From contig CAJFCJ010000018.1 of NCBI GenBank assembly GCA_904063045.1, positions 682,001-746,000 of the forward strand: DNA of 64,000 nucleotides, in the 5' to 3' direction. Positions 11,744-23,407 of this stretch are shown piece after piece. This stretch comes from Dimorphilus gyrociliatus (Eukaryota > Animalia > Annelida). Each line of letters opens with the position of its first letter. Positions within the stretch are counted from its first letter, which is position 1. The position numbers were made by a program, and so were the translations under genes. The notes below the pieces were generated by a model that ran no database searches, had not been told where the DNA came from, and saw nothing but the letters and a program-made list of their open reading frames with translations.

Positions 11744-12463
11744 TTACCAAATAACATAACCTCCGTCACTACCCCCTGTCATAAAGTCTTGAGGTCTTTG
11801 AGTAACCACAACATTTTGTCCTTGATTCATTGCCATCTGGGCTGCATTCGGCATACAACCAGGAGGGGGAGGTGGTACAGAAGAGTTTCCACCGTGAAAT
11901 CTTGCTCCGGCATCAAAACCTCCAGCTTGTACTACTGTCGTTTGTGGTGGGGGTGCTGCTTGTCCGTATGGAGTGTAAGGTGGTGGAGCTCCTTCTATTG
12001 TTTTTAGAAATTATGAATTATCTATTAATTTTTATTGCTTCTCTTTAATGAATTAGATCACTCTTAGATTGGTTCTTTTATTAAAATCTTACGAGCATAG
12101 GCTCCATGCTGTGGTGCAGCATATCCCCCTGCTTGTGGATAGCTTTGACCTGGGTATGCTGAAGGCTGCTGATGTTGATATTGATGGGACATTTGATGAG
12201 ATGGATACTGATGTTGGACAGGGTAGCCTCCTTGTGTTGGGTATCCGCCTTGAGCTGGATAGCCACCTTGATTTGGATAGCCACCTTGGGCTGGATAGCC
12301 ATCTTGACTTGGGTAGCCACCGCCCACATTTTGAGCTTGTTCTATTAGGTCACAAAAATACAGTCATAAAATCCCACGACAACGAATATCTTAGATTTAC
12401 ATTATGATGTTTATATCAATGACATTCTTAAATACCTTTCTTTTTATTTCCAAAGAAGGGCAT
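11744..12463 (-). CDS. DAZAP2: DAZ-associated protein 2, 3 coding exons
   Basis: Starts MPFFGNKKK|EQAQNVGGGYP... The last exon GAPPPY..FDAGARF..PPPPPGCMPNAAQMAMNQGQNVVVTQRPQDFMTGGSDGGYVIW* matches the characteristic DAZAP2 C-terminus (YDAGARF..PPPPPGCPPNAAQ..GGSDGGYTIW). Confidence 0.9.
12214..12321 (-). repeat. Coding tandem repeat, 6 x 18 nt, encoding (G/D)GYPxQ
   Basis: GGYPSQ DGYPAQ GGYPNQ GGYPAQ GGYPTQ GGYPVQ, read directly inside DAZAP2 exon 2. Confidence 0.9.
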
Positions 12464-13475
12464 TCTTTATTCCAAAAGTGTTAAAATTCGTGAAGTATTT
12501 TGATTTTGGAGAAATGTTTCGGGTTTCCCAGGAATAAAACGTAATTATCGAACTTTAACCTGATTCTATGACGACATAATATACACTGATAATTTACACA
12601 GTTTCGTATTTTTTTAACATATTTTTAATTATTTAATTTTAAACTTATATAATTATAACCGTTATTTAAAAAAATTTAAATCATACGAAAATTACCTTCA
12701 GAAAAGTTCCCGTATGACCAACAAAGATGGTGGGCATCGAAATCATTGTGCTTTTATTAAAATAAAGAATGCCAGATCGCCTCAAATAAGCAAATCGAAA
12801 AGGTAAGATTTGTTAAAAATTGCACTAAAATGTTTATGTTTTTAATGATAATTGCTTAAACAAAATAATTTCATAATCTTAGTAACCATTCCGCCTTTGA
12901 AGCCATTTTCAAAACCGTTTTACAAACATTACTAAATATTTACATTTAATGTTTACATATATATTCCATATCATCGCATAAAATCAATCGATACTCATGA
13001 TAAATATAGCATTTATTCGGTAAATATTGGGCTTATAACTGATTAAAATTCTAGGTCAATGACCCTATAGTTAGAAATTTAATAAATATACTTCATTTTA
13101 ACTTAAAAGTCAACATAGAAAAAAGTCTCCATCCTTTTAACCTTTCAACCTGACACAATAAATTGTGTCATTTGATTTCTTACATAATACTAATGATTGC
13201 GTAATAGAAACGGAAGGTAATAGAGTCTTTGTTATGTTTGTACAAACTGGTCTTGTATCGCTCAGACTCGTTCGTCTCTCGTTATTTCTCGTTTGAACTT
13301 GACGAAAGCAAGTTCCAGGTTTGTAGTAACATGTTCGATACAGTTCGATAAAGGCGATGTTGCCATCGATCTGTTTTCCTCTTTATTAGTTATTTTTCTT
13401 TCGTATTACCGCCATCTAGCGATTACTCTTTTACTACATTCGACTCTATTTTCATTTTAGGGAACAAACTTAAAG

Positions 13476-14871
13476 ATGGAAGCAGAAGCAAATACTATGG
13501 CCGTGAACCGAACCGGTTCGTCTAGTCCACAACTTCCAACACCTGCCGGTTCTGAAATGACTCCACCTTCACCAGTCGCTGAAAATTGGTGTTATACCCA
13601 AGTGAAAGTGGTCAAATTTTCCTATATGTGGACCATAAATAATTTTAGTTTTTGTCGAGAAGAGATGGGAGAAGTTCTTAAGTCTTCCACTTTTTCGGCA
13701 GGAAGTAACGATAAATTGAAATGGTAATCAATTTGATTAACTAACCGTTTCAAAACTTGATAGATTATTTTTTTTAGGTGTTTAAGAGTAAATCCCAAAG
13801 GTTTAGACGAAGAATCGAAAGACTATCTCTCACTTTACCTCCTTCTTGTCGCCTGCAATAAAGCAGAAGTGCGTGCTAAGTTCAAATTCTCAATACTCAA
13901 TTCAAAAAGAGAAGAAACAAAGGCTATGGAGAGTCAAAGAGCTTATAAATTCGTCCAAGGAAAAGACTGGGGATTTAAAAAATTTATTAGGCGTGATTTT
14001 CTAATGGATGATGCCAATGGCCTATTACCCGATGATAAACTAACAATCTATTGTGAGGTGTGTTCTTAAATATGTCGATTTCGGACTGGCAAATGTTTTT
14101 CATATATTTTTATCAAACAGGTTTCGGTAGTAGGCGACACTGTGAATATTTCTGGTCAAACAAATCAACATCAAGTCAAAGTACCCGAATGCAATCTTTC
14201 AGAAGACCTAAATACGCTTTTAAACACAGGAGAAATGAGCGACGTTACATTAATAGTAGGCGATCGTCCTTTCGAAGTTCATAAGTGTATTTTAGGAGCT
14301 AGGTCACCTGTTTTCCACGCAATGTTCAATGTTGATATGACTGAAAAGCAGAGCAACCGGGTTATTTTAGACGACTTAGACGAAGATGTTATGCAAGAGT
14401 TGTTGATTTTCATTTATGGAGGTAAAACACCAAACTTGTCTCGAATGGCAACAGATTTACTAGCTGCTGCTGACCGATTCGCTTTGGATCGATTAAAAGT
14501 TATTTGCGAGGAAGCCCTGTGTAGTAGTCTAAATGTGGATACTGTATGCGAAGTTATGGTCTTAGCTGATCTTCACAATGCGAAGCAATTAAAAAAACAA
14601 GCTATAGAGTTTATAAACAGGTACAACCCTAACACCCGAGAATATGAAATGTAAATTTATATATGAATAACATGCCGATCGCCAGTAATTGCATTAACTG
14701 TTAAGTAAATTTTGTTGCAGCCACGCAACGGACGTAATGGAAACCCATGGATGGGAAGAAATGGTCAAAAGTCATCCAAACTTAGTTGCTGAAGCTTTTC
14801 GAGCATTAGCAAGCCAACAATCACCACCTCTTGGACCACCTCGAAAAAGGATAAAACAATCAAATAATTAG
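13476..14871 (+). CDS. SPOP: Speckle-type POZ protein (MATH-BTB-BACK CUL3 adaptor), 4 coding exons
   Basis: Near-identical SPOP motifs [54 protein letters not shown] and [12 protein letters not shown], with C-terminal [11 protein letters not shown]. Confidence 0.97.
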
Positions 14872-15577
14872 CATATCTCAATCTGCAGAGAAGTCCGTCT
14901 TACGACCTTATTGAAAGTATTTCCCCTCCGTAATCATTTCGAAAATATTCGATACGCACGCCTTTCATTTTGATTCTGCTATAAGCGAGTGAGAGAGCGT
15001 CTGTGTTTGTCTGATATTAATAAGTAGGCTTTTTAAGAAACAAACGAACTGCAAAAAGTTTTTGAAAAAATTAGGAAACTACATCTCTGAAGATAGTAAC
15101 GAGTCATTCGAGGCCATACGCACATATTGTGTTCCGTTCTATACATATTGACTAGAGTGAAATATATTTGTGGTTTGTCAACAGCCATACACGAACCTAA
15201 AATACTGTATTGTACTTTAAATTTTAATGTAAAAATATACGCGTTGTCTCTGTTTTTATTTTCGTATGATTCGAATACTCTCGTCGCTTTGGTTTAATTA
15301 TGCTGAAAATAAACGTTCAACGTTTAAAATAAACTTAGAAATTACAAGGATTTATAAAAGCGTCTATTATACACAATGAAGGCGTTTGAAAACACAAATG
15401 AATGATTGGAAATGACAAGTGTAAAATGAAAAATGCTAAATAACAAACACAATTACTTCTGAATCTAACACAAAAACAGTCACGATTTCTGTTGATCATT
15501 TGTATTGGAAGTCGTAGTGGTGGTTTCCATGGGTGTTTCTGAAATGTAAACATTTGTTAACAAATGGAAGATAGCTT

Positions 15578-18500
15578 TCAAAGCAAAGCACCTTTGTTTT
15601 CTTCTTTTTCTACGCTCGTAGTTGATTTAGTAACAGCCGGAGTAGTTTCAGTTGGTTGAATATGATTGATAGGACCCTCAGGCATTATTCCAGGTTCTAA
15701 ATCGGTCAGAAAATTAGCTTATCTATAAAAAATTAAAAAGTTAATAGTACCGGAATCCAAGTTAAGAGGAGTTTTCAGTTCTGCTTCCAATCTCATTCCA
15801 GCTTGCTGCTTTGCCCTATATTCAAAGCCTTTTAGCTGTTCCATATGAAATTGCTGTCTTTCTTTCAGCAGTTGTTGTCTTTGATTATCAAGCTGTAGTA
15901 TATTGAAAGATTAGTGAAAAAGGTTACGGTTAATTAAAACGTACCAATTCTCTCTCCTTATCCATTATTGCCTCTAGCTCTTCAAAATGTCTTAATTTGA
16001 TTTCTAATTTTTTCATTTGAGTTTCCACTAGAAGGGCCACCAATGACTTAATCTTTCTTTCTTCCATTGCTGCTAAGTGCTAGAAAATAATTTTTATTAA
16101 TATATAGCTCGGTCGAAATTGTTATACTATACCTTAGCTTTGACAGCCGCTGATGCTAAAGCGCTGGCAGCTGCGGCAGCAACTTGAGCGTCAACTTTCA
16201 TAGGCTTATCACTATCTTTTTTATCTTTGTCTGATTTCTCTTTATCAGTATCTTCGCCTTGTTTTTCCTCAGCTGCATCTGATTTTTCTTTCTTAACTTT
16301 TGTTTGATCTCCAAGGGTTTCAGTTTTGGCCTCTTCTTCTTTTTCACCTCCTTTATTTTCATCTGTTGACTCTTCTTTTTCAGTGTTTTTATCTGCGTTT
16401 GTGCCCGCGATATTTGTTTTCTCCAAACCGAAAGTTTCATCTACGTTTTTACCCTGAGATTTTGCTTCTTGAACGGTTTTTATATGAGCTTCGACAAGTG
16501 AGGGCGGTACTTCTTCTTTTAATTTTGTAAATTCTTCGAGCGCAGCCTTTGATGCCGCTGCTGCTATTCTAGGATCAACAACAGAAGCTAAGAATGCCAC
16601 TGTCGACATGATGGGATTTCCAGATTTTGAAAACGGTGTTGGCTGATAAGCTAAAGGACCCATAGCTGCTGACCCGCCATTTTCTTCATCTAGGTAAGGA
16701 TCTTCGATAGGTAGTCGCAAGAAATGTAAAATACATTCATCTTGTGTTCTCGTTCCAATGTGTTCTGACACCTTGTTCCAGTCATCCTTATACATTTCTA
16801 AGCCTTCCAATAATTTGAGAGTCTCTTCGTCCGACCATTCTCTTGTTCTGGTTGCTGCTCCTTTTTCCTATAAATTTGTTATCAAATTGAAAATGATTCG
16901 TAAATACTGATTTTTAGACTTACGGCAAGTTCCTTTTTGGCATATAGATCTTGTCTCAATCCAAATGGAGGTTTTGTTGTTGCTGGAGCTTCATCACCTT
17001 CTTGTGGGTCTCTTGATTCATAAATCATTCGGGTGGCTGAAGGCTGTTTTAAAAGAAATTAACAGAAAATAAAAATATTTCTAACGCCTCGTGTATTTTA
17101 GCACAAAGTATTATTTCAAGAGCATCAATAAAAATCAAATCTATTGTATTTCTAAGTTAGAGGTCTGTAGCATTAAAATCCCCCTTTGTTGTGCTTTCAT
17201 AATCAAAAGCTTCATTCTGTTTGCCATTCAGTTCTCTACTTTCCATCTTTACTGAATTATCTATACCGATTTCTTTTGATTCAAGTTGTGGTTTAGGGGG
17301 TTTGTAAACAAGGAATGCAGTCAAAAATAAACATAGCCCAATAAAAGACGCTCCACAAGCTAGGAAAAAACAGTTTCGTGATAAATTTTTGGCATTATAC
17401 CACAAACATGAGCCTTTCGAGCCACATCTACTCTCCCATTGTAAACAGTCTGTATCAAATATTTTTCCTAAAATTATAGGTCCAGGTATTGTACCTAACA
17501 ATCGTATGAAAATCCACTGAAAGCTTATAGCAATCTTTTTATGTTCATCTCTGACACAGCGAGTCGTTACAGAAATGTTGATAGATTGCAAAGAGAAAAC
17601 AGCTAAAATAGAAAAAAAAAAAAACACAAAAAATAGCGGCATTAGTTTACATGAAGGTGCTTTACAAGGTTCACTTTTAACCGTAGCTTGACTTTCGTTA
17701 TGATAGCGATTTAAACATGAACAGTTTTCATAGACTTTCACTTTATCCGTATTATTTATAACAGAACATCCAGCATGACAAGGAGAATAGTACTTAAAGT
17801 TGTTGTCTCCACAAACAGGTATATATTGCACGTTTGTGCAAGAGCAGTTTGCGTTACAGCTATCTTCCAAAGAAAGAGAATTGTGAGACCTTCCCGCATA
17901 ATCAACATTAGCTCCAGCAAATTTCGTTTGATCACAATTTATCCAAAAAGTTAAAGCCGTAGTAGAGGCAATAAGTGCAATTGTCATCTGTAGTTTCATC
18001 ATTCCCGGTATGGACAGTCTTAATTTATTAACTGCCACTGCTCCACATATTGTACCAAGAGCTCCGCCCGGAATGACAACAGCTCCAAATAAAGCACCAG
18101 ATAAACTTGTGGCTAATGAAAATTTTGTCTCTATTAATTTTGTTCCAAAAGCTGCGAAACCTGCTGTTAATACATAAGATGTGCAAATGCACAATGATGC
18201 CAGCATATAAACAGGATTTTTTAAGAGTCCTACAGGATTCCCAGGTATTATAATATTGATAAATTTCTAATTAAATTTTACATTCATATATAACAATCAA
18301 GAGATAAAAAGACTTCAAGCTATTGATCAAAATTTATCTGAATTTTTATCGGAAATTCGCTACTTACGATACCCATAGATAAAAAAGAGAATAGTACTCT
18401 GACTTAATTGGGAAATAAAATAAAATCGATAATCGAAATTTCTTGATCAATTCTAAGTATTCTTAATAACTGCACTTAAATAATTTTAACATTAAAATTT

Positions 18501-21500
18501 TAATAACATCTCGACTCGACTACTGATAGCATTTAATCTTCTGATTATCTCTTATATATCTGGGAGTCCTGCCTAAAATTAGTTTCGGCATCTGCTTTAA
18601 TCCCCAAGTCTCTTTATTCTGTAATTCTCCTCCGTGAGCTTCTGATATTCTCTTAGATCTAATTTCAGCTGCTCCCGGCATATCTGCTGGATATCCAGTT
18701 AGTGGGAGGGTACAAAGAAAAATCAGGCCTCCACATATCAAATATCCTATCCACCAGGCTCCTATCCATCTTGTATCATTATTTTGAATAAGAATTTCGT
18801 CTTTACTAATTTTATAAAAATCTGTAAAAAGTCTCAGAAGAAACCCACCACCAACAAAGCCTAAAGCTGGACCGAACACGGTTGTGGAGTAGTAGAAACC
18901 GACTAAAAACGAGAATCTCTCTTTTGTGACAATATCGTCAAGATATGACAAGGCAATTGTCAAAACAGGAGTATGTCCAACTCCTACTAAAATTCTGCCA
19001 ATAATGAAAGCAACCATGTGCTTTCCTACACTTCCAACATTACTAGATGAATCGGAATTGCACAAACTCTCATTTTTAGGACCACAAACATCACTTAAAT
19101 TATTACTTCCACTGGGTTTATAGGTAGGCGAATTAAAATGAGGTATGACAAAAACAATACTTCCAGCAACACAAAGAAATAAACCAAAGGACAACCACCT
19201 AGGTCTATGAATTCTGGCAGCAATTACGCTTAACAGAAGGAGACATAACAATGAGGAGACATCAACAGAAATAATTATTGCTGAACTAGCTGCTGAACTA
19301 ATTCCAAATCGCTTCTCTATGCTTGAGAGAGTCAAACCTGGTAATCCTGATGTTAACGTTGATTGAAAAATAGAAGCTAGACAAAAGAATAAGGTGTACC
19401 ATCCAGGGGTATTGATCTTTTGTAAGAACTTTGGTTTATAGCCGAACCAGCCGTACATTAAATCCTTTTCACTCGACATTGTTTAAAGTAATAAGGTATC
19501 TAGTAGGCTCGTTTGTGTTTTAATACTAAAACTGCACAACGTCTTTTTAAATACATATGATAACTCCTTATCAAGACCGATAATCAAAAATATTCGAAGC
19601 AATAAAATAGTTCAGAGTTACTGATGCTCTTACATATTGACTGTCACTAACCTGTATTGTTTTTGGAGGATTAACTGGCTGTAATCCGGATGGAGTATCC
19701 ACCAAAGTATTGAAATGTTGGGTGGATGGTGGTCCCATAGCAAGAGTTCTGCTATCTCCATCTACTTGATAATTCACCAATCCCCATTGCTCCAGAAATG
19801 CGTGTACTCTATACCAACGAATAATAGTTTAATTTTAAACTAAAAAAATTGTTTACTTATTTACAATTTTAGGGTAGTTGAACTTCCGGAAAAATGCATT
19901 AATACTATTGCTATCTTTCTAATATTAACTGATAACTTTATCTAATAAAATTTATTACCAAAGTAAGAGCAAATAAGTATTAATATTTACCTCATTATAC
20001 AACAAACGTCGCCAGCTAAATTTCTTCGACAAGCAGTAAAGGTAAGATACTCCCTAGGGTTCAATCGATATGTATCAATCATAAAGTTTCTGTAAGCCAC
20101 ATATCTGCAAAAGACATGGTTTTTAATTTATTTTAATTGGGCAATATATTTATATATATGTATTTTACATTTCAGGCGTTTTGCTCTTATTTTTGCCATT
20201 GAAAAATTCAGGTAATCCTCTCCTCTCGATTGAGTGGATACTTGAGTAATCAAACCAAGCTGAATAAGAAGGTATTATTATATGATGCGTTTGATCTGTC
20301 ATTTGTATAGGTTGTGTTTGTCCTTGGTCATCTTCTTCAGAAGGAGATGGAGGCCGAGATCTTCCTTCATCCGATTGCTATTTAAAATAGTGGTTATACA
20401 AGTTTTCTATGTGCAAAATGTAACTATTACCTTATCTTCATCTTCCTCCCCGATATCCATAAGCGTGTTATTTTTGTCCGGTTTAGCGTCTTTCTTTGGA
20501 TTGATAACTTCTTTAACTTGAGTTTCGACATTTTCTTCACCTTCATCCATCATTTCTTCTTCTTCCTCCTTTACACCTTTTTTCTTTTTTGCGTCAACCG
20601 CGCTTACAACTATTCGTCCTGATCTTTTCTTCTTCATGGGTGAAGGAGACACCGATCTCTTCCTTTTTCCCTTTTAGAAAATAAATTTATCGAAAATTCT
20701 TATTTAGGGCACAAAAAATCCTAAAAACCAAGCAGTTTTCAATTTCGTACTTGGTCAGGTATACATGCATACACAAAGCCGGTAGACTCACTATTCACCG
20801 CTTTTTCAATATAGTATTGAAACCGAAAAAAAAACCGACTAATGAATATTTATGAATGTCAAATTCTCGACGCTCATTGGTTTAGCTATGTAAAAGTGCG
20901 CTATAATTCAAATATAAAAGTAGTCCGTACTTTTCCACTCTTTTTTGAAGCAGTCGAACTGGAACTCGGAGCAGGTGAAACAGGATCAAGAAAATTAAGT
21001 TCTTCAATACTTAGTTTAGTCACTTTCGCTTTTTTTCTGTAGAAAAAATAATAGACATGATGAATATGAAATCATTGGTTTGTTGAATTTTGTTTCTCAA
21101 CAAATGTAGACTTTTTTGTGTTCTTAGGGTAGTTACATTTTTTAAGCACGAAAAATATAGAACTTGATTGAAAAGAGTAAAAAATTTTAAGGTTCTGTAC
21201 AAGCTTTCCTACTTTTTTTTAGTTTTTTGAAGATGAAAATAGCTACAAGTGTCTCTTTTAAATGTTCAAAAACTAAAAAAAAACTTACTCGGCATCGACC
21301 AAGTAATCTTCCTCATTCATCCATTCGTTGTACTCGTCAAGATCTAATAACCAGTCAGCAGATACCTCCCACAGACTGCATTCTGTAGGGACATAAACTT
21401 CTTGTTCCAAACGTTGCTCCGAGTATACGTCATAACTGTAAAAGATTCGCATTTGACCAAATCTCAGAATATACCTTATACTAAGGGATATTTAATAACC

Positions 21501-22511
21501 TGTCTGGCAGATTCCAAAAATGAATGATTGTTCCTCCATTTTCCCTTTTGAATACAGGTCTTACAAATTCTTTACCCTCACTTTTCGATGTCTGCATAGC
21601 ATGGATGATATGAGTAGCATTTTCCATTTTATCAACAATTTCTCCTTTATGACGTTTCACAATGTCTCTAAATTTTGGTAATAAGAGCTTTTCGACTGAC
21701 TGATGGAAATATATTTTCGGTGAAGTTGAAAATCCAGCCGCAGTCAAGGAATTCCACATCTAGATTATAAATAAATGAATTTCAGCCTTTCTCCCTTGAA
21801 AGGTTTTGTTGAATTTACCTCTGTAAACATTTCTGTGTTTTGTTCTAATTTACTTGCAGTGCCCAAGTCGAACTTCTTCCTATTATGCAGAATTCAGAGA
21901 AAATAATACAATAGTAATTTAAACTAAAAATGAGACACTTACCAGCCCTGATCAAACTTAAACTTGAAAGCAGCCGTAAATAGGCAACAAGCTGCACCTC
22001 CACTTTTAAAATCCAGCCAATATTTCATCTTTTTGGTTAAAATATATGTGTAATATAAGCTTATTATTATTAAAAACTTTTCTTACAGGTAATTTCGTCA
22101 TGAGTGGTTTTGATGCATTTTTACCAAAATTATCCTCTTGAAACTGAATAAATTGATGGAGGAGAGAACTAAGACTCTTATTCGTAGTTGATTCTCCAGT
22201 AATATACTAAATTAAAATATATACAGTTAATAGATACAAATTTTTGCCGAAGTCGTTATTTTTACGTGAAGAAAAACAAAGATCTTGATTCTGACAAACA
22301 ACGAACACTGCGATTATAATAGCACATAACGAAATTGTATTGAATAACAAAAACTTATTACAAATACAGACATATGCAAATGAAAATTATTTCAAACCTT
22401 CTTTGCTTTTTTTTCTAACCATGTCTTGATATTATCTAACCCGTTGATGGTTTCCTGGGATTCGAAAAAAGCTTTGTTCGGCGAACCGTCGGTTTTCTTC
22501 ACCAGCGCCAT
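15578..22511 (-). CDS. SMARCC2: SWI/SNF subunit SMARCC1/2 (BAF155/170, moira): N-terminal module, chromo-like, SWIRM, SANT, leucine zipper
   Basis: Starts [17 protein letters not shown]... SWIRM exons lie at 20280-19652 ([14 protein letters not shown]). A phase-0 intron 19651-17044 joins KTIQ|[12 protein letters not shown] reads [48 protein letters not shown], and the stop is at 15578. This is a single-copy pro-orthologue of SMARCC1/2. Confidence 0.95.
17157..19479 (-). CDS. Organic anion transporting polypeptide (SLCO/OATP, OATP4-like), 2 exons, nested in a SMARCC intron on the same strand
   Basis: About 650 aa. It has an OATP N-terminus ([19 protein letters not shown]), [35 protein letters not shown], a Kazal-like [20 protein letters not shown] region and [20 protein letters not shown]. 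Exons 19479-18573 and 18229-17157. Confidence 0.92.
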
Positions 22512-23407
22512 GTTGGATAATAAAAGCATCGCAGTCGTTTCGGTTTTTATGCATATGATTGAATATTTATGAGAAAAAAATTATTTTATTTGTGGTTTAT
22601 TGCAATAAAATATCGCTATTTCCATTTTTATTAATTTGTTTGTCATGGTGGTTTGAATTCCTTTTAGTTTAATTGGTTTACCTTTTGGACCTTACCATGA
22701 TACCATACTACAAAACTTTGGTTGTGTTTTAAATAAAAATATATTGTTTTAAACAACCACTCTCCAAAAATAGTTATTTTACAAATATTAAGAAAATCTT
22801 TTCCATAATGTAAATGGAAATATAATATGTATAAACCCTTTGTAGACTTGCATACAATAACGTAGCTTGAAATATTTTTAAGAATTTTAATTTTAACACT
22901 AGTGAGCATGCCCACTATGAAAGTGATAAAATAAAGACGAAATAATATGAAATTATAAAATCGTTTGTATAGTTTAACAGTAAAATGCTGGAAAAGGAGA
23001 AGAATGCAAAGGGTAGCACTTTGGATGTTTAAATAATGACTTGACTTTAAGTAAACAAAAACTAAAATTTCCTAAATACAGCTTATTAATATAGTTTTTG
23101 CACTTATTTTATTTTTGCTAATTCAAATCGCTTTTTTATTTTAAAAAATCTTATATACGATTCTTTAATTGTAGCCTCGCACGTATTTTATTCAAATTAA
23201 AAAAATATATATTCTTTAGATTTCTTAATTATTTTTAATACTTATATTTATTTATGACATTAAATATTTTCTTTATTATCAGAATTATTTCCGAAGCGAA
23301 ACGCCAAATGATTTTGAGCGATATTATAGCATATACAAACAACATTCTTTTTATTTACTTTTCTAAATTATGAATATAAGTTTAAGAGTTTTTATTTAAT
23401 CTTAAAT

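Noticed and set aside
12214-12321. Regular 18-nt repeat array
   Set aside because: Not CRISPR-like: there are no unique spacers, it is in-frame coding sequence, and the context is eukaryotic.
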